In this document: positions 55,660 to 64,000 of the stretch, in pieces
Position numbering within the stretch: the stretch's first letter is position 1
Layout of the letters: the number at the start of each line of letters is the position of its first letter
Origin: an uncultured Enterobacterales bacterium
GTDB taxonomy: Bacteria; Myxococcota_A; UBA796; JAFGLY01
Assembly (NCBI GenBank): GCA_964512185.1
Contig: CAZEJJ010000011.1
Span: forward strand, 5,131 to 69,130
Length of the DNA: 64,000 nucleotides
Direction of reading: 5' to 3'
Program-made: the position numbers and the translations under genes
The notes under the pieces: generated by a model
What the model was told of the DNA's origin: nothing
The model's input: only the letters and a program-made list of their open reading frames with translations
The model's database searches: none

Positions 55660-56928
55660 ATGAAGCGTGTCCTGCCATGGTTGCTGCTCGCCTGCACGGT
55701 GGCCTACGCGGTACAGGCCCTGGGGCCCTGGCGCGAGCGCACCTGGCGCGCCCGCAGCGGCCGCGACTTCGCGAGCTTCTACTACGCCGTGCACAGCGCC
55801 GCCGGTGGGCTGGATCCCTACGACAGCCGGGTGCTGTCGCGCCGGGCTCGCCAGGACGGCACCCGCAAGGGGGGCGTGCATCCCTTTTTCTACCCGCCGC
55901 CCTTCCTCCTGGTCTTCGCCTGGGTGCTGCCTCTCACCCTGCGCAGCGCGTTCCACGCCCTGTACTGGGCGGACCACCTCTTCCTGCTGGCGGTGCTGCT
56001 CTCCCTCTGGCGCTGGACACCGCGTCCCGCCGCCCTGCTGGTGCTGGCGGTGATGGCTGTCAGCTTCAGCCCCATCCCGGACAACGACTGGATGGGCCAG
56101 GTCAACCTGCTGGTGTTGGCCTGCGTTGTCCCTGGCCTGCTGCTGGCGGAGCGGGGGCACGAGCGCTGGGGCGGCGCGCTGGTGGGGCTGGCCTGCATGC
56201 TGAAGATGAGCCCGGCCCTGCTGGTGGCCTGGTGGCTGCTGCATCGTCGCTGGAACGCGGTGGGCGCGGCGGTGGCAGCGGGCCTGGGCCTGAGCCTGCT
56301 GGCCCTGCCCCTGGCAGACGCGGAGCTGCAGTGGCGCTTCTACACCGAGGTGCTCCCGGGCTTCGGCCAGGGCAGCTACCACGGGCTCACGGTGCCCATC
56401 GACCTGCCCCACAACCACAGCATCCCTTCGCTGCTGCACGAGATTCTGGGGGGCGGCACCAAGACCTCGCTGGGCCCCCTGGCCCGTGGCATCTCGCGCC
56501 TGGTGGGTCTGCTCCTGCTGGGCGGTCTGGCCTGGCGCTTCCGCCGTCGTCCCGGCGATCCCACCAGCGCCCTCTGCCAGGCCGGCGCGGTGGTGGTGCT
56601 GATGCTCGTGCTGCCCGTGTACAGCTACGAACACCACATGGTCTGGATGATCCTGCCCTACGCCGCCGCCGCGGCGGCCCTCGCCTCGGGCAGGCTGGGC
56701 CGCGGCTGGTGGTGGGTGCTGGTGTCCTGCTACCTGGTGCAGGCGCTGCCGCTGGACTGGCTCAAGGAGATCTACAAGGGACTCGATGCCCTCGGATCGC
56801 TCCGCCAGCCGGTGTACTACGCGCTGCGGGAGTCCAAGTTCATCGCGGCGCTGATCACCGGCCTGGCCTGCCTGCTGGCCGCGGGGAGACCGGGCGCGGT
56901 GCCGCCCCGCGAGGATCCCGTTGGCTGA
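55660..56928 (+). CDS. DUF2029 / GT87-like integral-membrane glycosyltransferase
   Basis: RDFASFYYAVHSAAGGLDPYD, FFYPPPFLL, about 10 TM segments. Confidence 0.6.
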   Translation: MKRVLPWLLLACTVAYAVQALGPWRERTWRARSGRDFASFYYAVHSAAGGLDPYDSRVLSRRARQDGTRKGGVHPFFYPPPFLLVFAWVLPLTLRSAFHALYWADHLFLLAVLLSLWRWTPRPAALLVLAVMAVSFSPIPDNDWMGQVNLLVLACVVPGLLLAERGHERWGGALVGLACMLKMSPALLVAWWLLHRRWNAVGAAVAAGLGLSLLALPLADAELQWRFYTEVLPGFGQGSYHGLTVPIDLPHNHSIPSLLHEILGGGTKTSLGPLARGISRLVGLLLLGGLAWRFRRRPGDPTSALCQAGAVVVLMLVLPVYSYEHHMVWMILPYAAAAAALASGRLGRGWWWVLVSCYLVQALPLDWLKEIYKGLDALGSLRQPVYYALRESKFIAALITGLACLLAAGRPGAVPPREDPVG

Positions 56929-58453
56929 CCTGCTGCAGGCCGTCACGGCGGCCCCCTGGCCGCTGCTGCTGCTGCCGCTGCTGGCCCGGTTGGTGCCCGG
57001 AGGCAGCGGTGGGCGTGAACCCTGGGACGCCAGGGTGGATCTCCCCTTGCTGTTGGTGGCGGGGCTGGTGGGTTGCGCTGTGTTCACGGGCTGGCAGGTG
57101 GAGCCCTACACTCGCCTCGCCCCGCTGACCGCGGCGGACTTCCAGCAGTACTGCGAGCTCGTGGTGCGGGTCGCGGCCGGGGAGCTGCACGACTACTCGC
57201 TGCCCCGCTCGCCGGTGGCCGCCTGGCCGCCGGCCGTGGTGGCCCACCGCCTGGGGGTCATCGACGCGCTGGCGCTCTACGGGCTGCTGGGCACCGCCGC
57301 CATGTTGATGGCCCTGTTCGTCTGGGGGCGCGTGCTGCACGGTCGGCTGGCGGGGCTGGTGGCCGTGGTGCTGGCGGGCGCGCTGGGACCCCTGGTGGTG
57401 CTGAGCCGCGACCTGGGCTTCTACCCGGTGCTGGTGGCGGCGGTGGCCTGGTGTGCGGCGGGGGCCGCGGCCTGCATCTGCTTCCGGGGACCGGCTCCGG
57501 CGCTGTTGGCGGGTTCAGCGGCGGCGGTGGTGCTGCTGCTGGATGTGCGGGGGCTGCTCTGGGCTCTGCCCCTGGCCGCTCTGGCCCTGGTGGCGGCGGT
57601 GCTGCGCGCGCGGCATCGCCAGGGCGCGTCGCTGCGGGTCGCGCTGGTCCTGGCGCCGCTGCTGCTCTCCTGGGGCATCGCGCGGCAGGCCATCCCGGGG
57701 TCCATGCCCAGCCTGGAGTTCCAGACATGGATCTACCTGGAGCAGGCGGTGCGCTCGGGTGGCGTGGAGGCTCGTTGGCGTTCCAGTGAGGTGGGCGCTG
57801 GTCAGCCGCCGCAGGGGTTCCTGTGGGGCCACGGCTCGGCGCGCGAGCTGGCGGCCAGCGCCGCGGGTCTGGCCCGGCTGTCCGCCAGCGCTCCGCCAGA
57901 GCTGCGCCGCGCTCCGTCGGTGCGGCGGGCGCGCGAGCAGCAGCTGCTGCCGTGGGCTCTCCCATCGGCGCTGGGGCTGGGCCTCGCCCTGCTGGGCCTC
58001 GCCCGTCGCTGGGAGCGCGCGCTGGCCCTCGCGCTGACGGTGGCTCCCTTCGGCGCCATGATGGTCGCGGCGGCGGTGACCCTGCCCCAGGCGCGCTACC
58101 TGGCCTCCGCGCTGGTGGCCTTGCCCCTCGTGCTGGGGGTGGCGGTGGCGGCGCTGGCCCAGAACCCGTCACCCTGGCGAGGCCTCTCGTCGGGATCGCC
58201 ACCCCGACCCTGGCGCAGCTTGGCATTGCTCGCGGCCCTGTTGGCCGCCGTCACGGGCCTGCTGCCCGGCTGGCTGGCACCCGACGCGCCCTGGCGGACA
58301 CTCGACCTGGTGCAAGGGGAACCTCGGGCCACCATCCAGCTGGTGCGCGCCGGAGGTGGGCGCCACGGGGGCTACTGCGCCAGAGCGCTGGACCTGGAAC
58401 GCCAGCGCTACCCCTGGTGGCCATCGCGCCTGTACGACTGGCCGGAGCGGTGA
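56921..58453 (+). CDS. Large polytopic membrane protein (GT-C-like guess)
   Basis: TTG start overlapping the upstream stop. Many hydrophobic segments. No diagnostic motif recognised. Confidence 0.45.
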   Translation: MADLLQAVTAAPWPLLLLPLLARLVPGGSGGREPWDARVDLPLLLVAGLVGCAVFTGWQVEPYTRLAPLTAADFQQYCELVVRVAAGELHDYSLPRSPVAAWPPAVVAHRLGVIDALALYGLLGTAAMLMALFVWGRVLHGRLAGLVAVVLAGALGPLVVLSRDLGFYPVLVAAVAWCAAGAAACICFRGPAPALLAGSAAAVVLLLDVRGLLWALPLAALALVAAVLRARHRQGASLRVALVLAPLLLSWGIARQAIPGSMPSLEFQTWIYLEQAVRSGGVEARWRSSEVGAGQPPQGFLWGHGSARELAASAAGLARLSASAPPELRRAPSVRRAREQQLLPWALPSALGLGLALLGLARRWERALALALTVAPFGAMMVAAAVTLPQARYLASALVALPLVLGVAVAALAQNPSPWRGLSSGSPPRPWRSLALLAALLAAVTGLLPGWLAPDAPWRTLDLVQGEPRATIQLVRAGGGRHGGYCARALDLERQRYPWWPSRLYDWPER

Positions 58454-58491
58454 CGCGCTGGCGGAGGTTGGGGAGCCGCTGAACCGCTCCC

Positions 58492-59190
58492 CTACGATTG
58501 TTTGCGGGCGTAGAGCAGCGCCTCGGCGGCGCGCTCCGCCTGCAGGCTGGTGGCGGTGTCTCCCAGGTCGATCACCTGCTTGGCCAGCCTGAGGGCCACG
58601 GGGTCGCGCTTGGCGACGCGCCTGGCCCAGGCCCGGGCCTCGGCCCTGGCGTCGGGCACCACGGCGGACAGCAGGCCCCAGTCCACCGCGACCCGGGCGT
58701 CGATCTCGCGCCCGCCCAGGATCATCTCCTTGGCCCGCGCGGCACCCACCAGCCGCACCAGGCGCGTGCAGCCGCCCGCCGAGGGGATCAGGCCGAGGGC
58801 GGTCTCGGGCAGGCTGAAGCGTGCCGCCGGGCTGCCCAGGCGTAGATCGCAGGCCATGGCCAGCTCGAATCCGCCCGCGACGGCCGCGCCGTGGATGGCG
58901 GCCACCGAGACGATGGGGGCGCGGGCCAGGCGATCAAAGAGGGCCTGGGAGCGCAGGTCCAGGGCGTCGAGGGGGCTGGCCTGGCCCATCTGTACGAGGT
59001 CGGCGCCGCCGCAGAACGCCCCCGTGCCTGCGGCCTCGATGACCAGCGCGCGCACCTGCTCGTCCGCCAGCGCGCTGTCGAGGGCGAGCTCGAAGGCGTC
59101 GAGGGTGGCGTCGTCGTAGGCATTGGCCCGCTGCGGGCGATCCAGCACGAGGCAGGCCAGGGGGCCATCGCGGTCGATGCGAACGGTCAT
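58492..59190 (-). CDS. Enoyl-CoA hydratase/isomerase (crotonase) family
   Basis: ATG at 59188-59190. MTVRIDRDGPLACLVLDRPQRANA, GTGAFCGGADL, IHGAAVAGGFELAMACDLR. Confidence 0.8.
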   Translation of the reverse strand: MTVRIDRDGPLACLVLDRPQRANAYDDATLDAFELALDSALADEQVRALVIEAAGTGAFCGGADLVQMGQASPLDALDLRSQALFDRLARAPIVSVAAIHGAAVAGGFELAMACDLRLGSPAARFSLPETALGLIPSAGGCTRLVRLVGAARAKEMILGGREIDARVAVDWGLLSAVVPDARAEARAWARRVAKRDPVALRLAKQVIDLGDTATSLQAERAAEALLYARKQS

Positions 59191-59284
59191 GGGCGGCTCC
59201 GCGACCGGGGAACCTGGGCAGGATATCACCACCATGCTGACCGCGCGGTCCACCAGGGCCGCCCAGCGGGGAGCGAGGCGATTC

Positions 59285-60091
59285 ATGGCCGGCCGATTCT
59301 CCATAGTCGTGGTCACGGGCAAGAGCGGCGCCGGCAAGCAGCCGCGCATCGACGTGCTCTGCGAGGCCTTCGGGCTGCAGCAGCTCTCCACCGGCAGCAT
59401 CTTCCGCCGCTACCTCGCGGTCTTCCGGCAGGTGGAGGCCGGCGTCGATGCCGAGTCCTGCTGGCGCGGGCCGGGCTTCGCCTCCGACGCGGAGATCCTC
59501 GCCGCCCTCGCGCCTTCGTGCCGCGCCGCGGGCGTGGATCCCGCGTCAGCCCTGCTGGGTCTCAAGACGGCCCGTTACCTGGACAGCGGACACTTCGTGC
59601 CCGATGGAATCACCGATGCCTTGCTGGAGGGAGCCTTCCGGGCCGCCGGCAGCGGCGGGCTGGTGCTGGACGGCTACCCGCGCTCCCCCGACCAGTCCCG
59701 CTTCCTGCTGGATCTCGTCGAGCGTACGGGCGCCCGGCTGGACCTCTTGCTGGTGGTGGAGAACGAGGACGAGCTGATCCTCGCGCGCACGGTGGGTCGC
59801 CGTATCTGCTCCGATCGCGGCTGCTCCAAGGTCTTTCACCTGCGCCACAAGCCCCCCCGCGAGGGCGGCTTCTGTACGGCCTGCGGTGCGCCCGTCGAGC
59901 AGCGCAGCGACGACACCGAAGAGCGGATCCGCACGCGGCTGGCCGAATTCCAGGCCAAGGCGCTGCCCGCCATCCGGGTCCTGGAGCAGGCGAAGATCCC
60001 CACGGTATCGGTCTCGGGCAACCTGCCGGTGTTCACCGACGAGGCCGTGCGCGAGAGCGTGACGAGTGCGCTGGCGCCCCTGCTCGCCTGA
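59285..60091 (+). CDS. adk: Adenylate-kinase-like protein with insertions
   Basis: IVVVTGKSGAGKQP, LSTGSIFR, LVLDGYPRSPDQ, zinc-lid-like CSDRGCSKVFH...CTACGAPVEQRSDDTEERIRTRL. Confidence 0.65.
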   Translation: MAGRFSIVVVTGKSGAGKQPRIDVLCEAFGLQQLSTGSIFRRYLAVFRQVEAGVDAESCWRGPGFASDAEILAALAPSCRAAGVDPASALLGLKTARYLDSGHFVPDGITDALLEGAFRAAGSGGLVLDGYPRSPDQSRFLLDLVERTGARLDLLLVVENEDELILARTVGRRICSDRGCSKVFHLRHKPPREGGFCTACGAPVEQRSDDTEERIRTRLAEFQAKALPAIRVLEQAKIPTVSVSGNLPVFTDEAVRESVTSALAPLLA

Positions 60092-60147
60092 CCGATCCCG
60101 CGGCGTTCACGTGGCTCCGGGGATACGCTTGTCGCAGGAGGATCCGC

Positions 60148-60858
60148 GTGGAAGTGGTGGTTCGCGACAGCCTCGAGCCCTGTGCCTACCTGGAGGAACA
60201 GACGGCCCGCCTGCCCATGCGCTGGCAGCTGGTCCCCCTGCTGGGCGAAGGCTTCGATGCCTCCCTCGCGCTCGGAGATCGCCGCGTGGGCAAGGCCCTG
60301 TACCGGCCCAGCTGTCCCGGCTGCCAGGCCTGCGAGGCCATCCGCATCCCCGTGGATGAATTCCAACCCTCGCGCACCCAGCGCCGTGTCTGGAGGCGCG
60401 GGGTGGAGCGCTTCACCGTGGAGCTGGGAAAGCCCCTGGTTACCCGCGAGCACCTGCGGCTCTTCAACCGGCACAAGCGCGAGCGGGGCCTGGCCCGCCG
60501 GGAGGGCGGCATGTCCGCTCGGGCCTACGCGGGGTGGCTGGTGGAGACCTGTGCCGAGTCCCGGGAGCTGCGCTACCGGGTGGATGGCGAGCTGGCAGCG
60601 GTGGCCATCGTGGATCTGGGGTCCAGGGACGCTTCGGCGGTCTACACCTTCTTCGATCCTGCCCTGGAGGCCCTGTCGCCGGGGGTCTTTTCGGTGCTCT
60701 GGCAGCTGGACTGGGCCAGGCGCGAAGGGCTGCGCTTCCTCTACCTGGGCCTCTACGTGGAGCGAAACCGCCACATGGTCTACAAGGCCCGCTACCGGCC
60801 CCACGAGCGCCTGGTACCCGGACCCGAAGGCGCCCGCTGGCGGCGCTTCGAGAGGTAG
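60148..60858 (+). CDS. bpt: Arginyl/leucyl-tRNA--protein transferase (Bpt/Ate family)
   Basis: GTG with a GCAGGAGGA RBS. PCAYLEEQTARL, RPSCPGCQAC, RFLYLGLYVERNRHMVYKARYRPHERL. Confidence 0.8.
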   Translation: MEVVVRDSLEPCAYLEEQTARLPMRWQLVPLLGEGFDASLALGDRRVGKALYRPSCPGCQACEAIRIPVDEFQPSRTQRRVWRRGVERFTVELGKPLVTREHLRLFNRHKRERGLARREGGMSARAYAGWLVETCAESRELRYRVDGELAAVAIVDLGSRDASAVYTFFDPALEALSPGVFSVLWQLDWARREGLRFLYLGLYVERNRHMVYKARYRPHERLVPGPEGARWRRFER

Positions 60859-61539
60859 TCAGGGCAGGATGAGCACGTCTGTGCGCATGTCCGTGGGTAG
60901 GCGGGCGCGGAAGGCCTCGTTGTCCTCGTCGTCGAAGGCGATGCAGCCCCAGGTCCAGTCGCTCCAGCTGCCGCCGCCGTGGAAGAGGATCTGGCCCCCA
61001 AGCCGTGTGTCCTGGGGAGGCTTCTGGTGGGCGCTCACCGCCTGCTCCACGGCTCGCAGCTGGCTTCCGTCCACCAGCCCCGCCGCCAGGCCCGCCTCGG
61101 CGTCCGCCACCGCCGGGTAGTGCACGGCCACCGCGGGCGCGAAGCTGGACCAGGGCTTGTCCGAGCTGCCGTACCAACCCTCGGGCGTGCGGCGATCGCC
61201 TCGCCGGCGCTTGGGTCCCGGAGGGTAGCTGCCGCTGGAGTCCACGCCCAGGGCCACGCGCCAGCAGGCGGGATCGCCCTGGGCGGAGCGCGCCAGCTCC
61301 CCGCCTTCGAACACCATGCTCCGGCGCGCCTGCTTGAGCACCACCACCAGGTGCTGGCCCTGCAGGCGAGGATCGGCGGCGTCGAACAGGGGCGAGCCCG
61401 GCAGCCGCTCCACCCGCAGCGGGCAGCCCTCCAGCGGAGCCGGTGGGGGTGGGGACTCCGCCTCCTGGGCGTGGCTCTGTCCGCAGAAGAGCAGGCTGAG
61501 CAGAAGCGGTACGATCGAGGGCAGAGCTGCGGCGTCCAC
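60859..61539 (-). CDS. L,D-transpeptidase (YkuD) domain protein
   Basis: Signal peptide. [19 protein letters not shown]. Confidence 0.75.
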   Translation of the reverse strand: MDAAALPSIVPLLLSLLFCGQSHAQEAESPPPPAPLEGCPLRVERLPGSPLFDAADPRLQGQHLVVVLKQARRSMVFEGGELARSAQGDPACWRVALGVDSSGSYPPGPKRRRGDRRTPEGWYGSSDKPWSSFAPAVAVHYPAVADAEAGLAAGLVDGSQLRAVEQAVSAHQKPPQDTRLGGQILFHGGGSWSDWTWGCIAFDDEDNEAFRARLPTDMRTDVLILP

Positions 61540-61698
61540 GGCGCCTCCCGGGCCTTGTCATCCGCTGCTGACACCGCCCTCCGCAGGCCGGTTCCCTCTG
61601 TGGAGGCTGCTCGATAGATCGGCCGGCGAGGTCCCATGGACCCTGCGCCGAGCATGGACTATGCTGTAGCGCGGTGCGGACAAGTACCCGGAGGTCCC

Positions 61699-62595
61699 AT
61701 GCGGTCCACGCTTCACGCTCCCATCAGCCCCCTGCTGGCGCTGGTCGCCTGTCTCGGCTTCGCCTGCACCCTGGGCAGCGACACCATCATCGGTCCCGAC
61801 GGAACCGAAGAGGAGGTCCCCTCCGGGTCGCCTCAGCTGTCCATCAACATCACCGTGATGGACTTCGGCGATGTGTCGTATGGGCAGAGCTACAGCGAGT
61901 CTCTGCACGTAGAAAACGTGGGCGGCGACGACCTGGTGCTCAGCGCCATCACGGCCACCGATCCCTTCTCGGCCAACTACGCCAGCGACGTCACCGTCAC
62001 GCCGGGCGGCTCCACCACCCTGGTGGTGCGCTACCAGCCCGTGGAGTACGCGGAGCACGAGGGCAGCTTCAGCCTCAGCTGGAACGCCGACGAAGACGAC
62101 ACCGCCGTCGACGCCGGCTACTGGGAGATCCCTCTGTACGGCTCGGTCATCACCGACGAGGACGGCGACGGCCACGACAGCCTGGACGCCGGCGGCGACG
62201 ACTGCGACGATGCCGACGACGGCACCTACCCCGGGGCCGCCGAGACCTGGTACGACGGCACCGACCAGGACTGCCTCGAAGATGATGACTACGACCAGGA
62301 CGGAGACGGCTACCAGGTGTCCGCCTACCAGCCTGAGTGGAGCTCCGGGGGCGGTGACTGCAACGACGCCAACGCCGAGGTGTACCCCGGGGCGCCCGAC
62401 TACTGGTACGACAACCTCGACTCCAACTGCGACGAGTCCGATGACTGGGACCAGGACGGCGACGGCTACCGCACCACCCTGGGCGACGAGGGCACCGACT
62501 GCGACGACGAGAACTCTGCGGTCAACCCAGGCGCCGAAGAAGACGACACCAACGGCATCGACGACGACTGCGACGGCCGCGTCGACGAGACCTAG
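61699..62595 (+). CDS. Lipoprotein with an Ig-like (choice-of-anchor/ASH-like) domain and four MopE-type metal-binding repeats
   Basis: Lipobox LLALVAC. Repeats of DGDG(H/Y)...GDC(D/N)D.(D/N)..(T/V).PGA.E. Confidence 0.65.
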   Translation: MRSTLHAPISPLLALVACLGFACTLGSDTIIGPDGTEEEVPSGSPQLSINITVMDFGDVSYGQSYSESLHVENVGGDDLVLSAITATDPFSANYASDVTVTPGGSTTLVVRYQPVEYAEHEGSFSLSWNADEDDTAVDAGYWEIPLYGSVITDEDGDGHDSLDAGGDDCDDADDGTYPGAAETWYDGTDQDCLEDDDYDQDGDGYQVSAYQPEWSSGGGDCNDANAEVYPGAPDYWYDNLDSNCDESDDWDQDGDGYRTTLGDEGTDCDDENSAVNPGAEEDDTNGIDDDCDGRVDET

Positions 62596-62795
62596 AGCAG
62601 GCGACAGAACAGGTCGCCGACAGGCGGCCGCCCCGAATCGTAGCGAGGGCCAGCAGGCGCTCAGCGAGGCCGGTTCTGCGCAGTAGTGGGCGAGGGAGGC
62701 GTGCTTTCAGCACGTTGACCGAGAGCGCTGCAAGCAGGGACGGCCGCAGTCGCGACTGCTGGGCCGCAGTAGGTTCGGGGTTCTGTCGCCTGCTC
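62596..62795. mobile_element. MITE-like non-autonomous element, about 200 bp
   Basis: GAGCAGGCGACAGAAC (62595-62610) and its exact reverse complement GTTCTGTCGCCTGCTC (62780-62795). CTAG is present on both flanks (62592-62595 and 62796-62799). The interior is an imperfect long palindrome centred on GTGCT-ttc-AGCAC (62701-62713). No ORF. Confidence 0.55.
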
Positions 62796-63632
62796 CTAGC
62801 TGAGCAGCCCCGGTAGCCCCAGCACCATCGCCCGGGTGAGCTCCTCGCCCCACAGCAGCGCCGCCAGCGCGCCCATGGCCAGGAAGGGGCCGAAGGGGAT
62901 GGCGGTGCGCAGGCCTCGGCCGCGGCCGATGATGCTGGCGATGCCCACCGCGCTGCCGCTGATGCTGGCCAGCAGGATGACCAGGAAGAGCGCGGGGAAG
63001 GCCCCCAGGAAGCTGCCGATCATGGCCAGCAGCTTGACGTCTCCGAAGCCGATGCCCTCTTCGCGGCGGATGAGCCAGTACAGCCCCGCGATGGCCAGCA
63101 GGAAGCCGCCCCCCACCAGGGCTCCCACCAGCGACTGCTGCCAGGTGGGGCCCAGCCCCGGCTGCAGCCAGTTCAGCCCCAGGGCACCCAGCACGCCCAC
63201 GGGCACGGCGTAGATGCTGAACTCGTCGGGGATGATGTAGTGCTTGAGATCCACAAAGGTGAGCCCCACCAGCATGGCCACGAAGGTGGCGTAGTAGGCG
63301 TACATGGCCAGGTGGGCCGCGTCGAGCTGGTCGGGGGTGGGGATGAGGCGGCGCCAGAGCAGCAACAGCAGCACGCCGGTGCAGGCCTCGATCAGGGGGT
63401 AGGTGGCCGGGATCGGGCTGGCGCAGGAGCGGCAGCGCGCCCGCAGCAGCAGCCAGCTGAGCACGGGGATGTTGTCGTACCAGCGTATGCTCGAGCCGCA
63501 GCGCGGGCAGTGGCTGGGGGGCGAGACCACCGAGCGGTCCTCGGGCATGCGTGCGATGCAGACGTTGAGGAAGCTGCCGATGCACAGCCCGAGGATCAGG
63601 ACGAAGACCTGCAGCGCGATCCAGAAGCTCAT
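62796..63632 (-). CDS. pilD: Prepilin peptidase (A24 family)
   Basis: GSFLNVCIARMP, CPRCGSSI...CRSCASPI, GFGDVKLLAMIG. Confidence 0.85.
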   Translation of the reverse strand: MSFWIALQVFVLILGLCIGSFLNVCIARMPEDRSVVSPPSHCPRCGSSIRWYDNIPVLSWLLLRARCRSCASPIPATYPLIEACTGVLLLLLWRRLIPTPDQLDAAHLAMYAYYATFVAMLVGLTFVDLKHYIIPDEFSIYAVPVGVLGALGLNWLQPGLGPTWQQSLVGALVGGGFLLAIAGLYWLIRREEGIGFGDVKLLAMIGSFLGAFPALFLVILLASISGSAVGIASIIGRGRGLRTAIPFGPFLAMGALAALLWGEELTRAMVLGLPGLLS

Positions 63633-64000
63633 GGGCGGTACTCCTGCAGGGCGAGGCAGACCCGCTCCAGCTCGCGGTCACCCAGCTCGGCGTGGCAGGG
63701 CAGGGAGAGGCTCTCGCGACACCAGGCGTCGGCTCGGGGGCATGGGGCCTGGGGGGCCAGCGCGGGCTGCGCCGAGAGGGGCCGGGGGTAGTAGATGGCC
63801 GAGTGGATGCCGCGCTGGGCCAGGTGGCGGACCAACTCGTCGCGGCTGGCGCAGCGCAGCACGAAGTGGTGGAGCGGGTCGCCGGGGCTGCGCTGCACGC
63901 GCCGGATCGAGGCGGGCGACGCGGACTCGTACGCGCGGGCGATGGCCTGGCGGCGGGCGATCCGGCGCGGGAGGTCGTCGAGGTGGACCAACAGGATGGC
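63629..64000 (-). CDS. DegT/DnrJ/EryC1/StrS-family aminotransferase. C-terminal part only; the gene continues past the right edge.
   Basis: GIHSAIYYPRPLSAQPAL, ESLSLPCHAELGDRELERV. In frame to position 64000. 4-nt overlap with pilD. Confidence 0.7.
   Translation of the reverse strand, partial: AILLVHLDDLPRRIARRQAIARAYESASPASIRRVQRSPGDPLHHFVLRCASRDELVRHLAQRGIHSAIYYPRPLSAQPALAPQAPCPRADAWCRESLSLPCHAELGDRELERVCLALQEYRP

Noticed and set aside
54567-57128. 853-aa plus-strand ORF
   Set aside because: It runs antisense through the metallophosphoesterase gene and out of frame through the GT87 gene. Its composition is typical of an off-frame high-GC reading.

Overview
This is a roughly 70% GC chromosomal segment. 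It is most consistent with a Myxococcota genome, which is an inference from four things: MYXO-CTERM-like tails (Cys-rich motif, then a TM helix, then an Arg-rich end) on two secreted enzymes; Asp/Thr/Ala-rich lipoprotein linkers; MopE-type Cys/Asp metal-binding repeats; and a consensus sigma-54 promoter. I support about 45 protein-coding genes. Because GC is so high, every real gene casts long shadow ORFs in other frames. I called frames by recognisable motifs, third-position GC and signal peptides, not by ORF length. I recognised no rRNA, tRNA or CRISPR array.

Gene content, left to right:
- A PfaA-like megasynthase (KS-AT-KS-ACP-ACP-KR) that runs off the left edge and so is missing from the ORF track. 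It lies downstream of an acyl-CoA dehydrogenase.
- A run of secreted lipoprotein hydrolases.
- A 5-kb accessory island of ATPase-nuclease paralogs and broken genes.
- A penicillin-acylase-family gene, a beta-helix protein and an MFS transporter.
- A 1796-aa tandem-fused UvrA.
- An S8 protease fused to an FG-GAP propeller.
- Cell-envelope genes (GT51, YihY, two UPF0104 proteins, GT87, YkuD, PilD) and housekeeping genes (ychF, adk-like, bpt).

Observations most worth a second look:
1. The 13.4-18.7 kb island with 2.5 copies of a P-loop ATPase + PD-(D/E)XK fusion, an orphan excisionase-type antitoxin, and at least five gene fragments.
2. The two UvrA modules are joined only by C20/C13 homopolymer runs.
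3. A HesB-like gene has an in-frame TGA exactly at the conserved Cys position, so it is a candidate selenoprotein.
4. A consensus sigma-54 promoter sits in front of the ACAD-megasynthase operon, and both of its carrier domains carry Thr where the phosphopantetheinyl Ser is expected.
5. A 200-bp MITE-like element with 16-bp perfect terminal inverted repeats is inserted at a CTAG shared by two convergent stop codons.

Everything here is by-eye analysis. No database search or folding computation was run.
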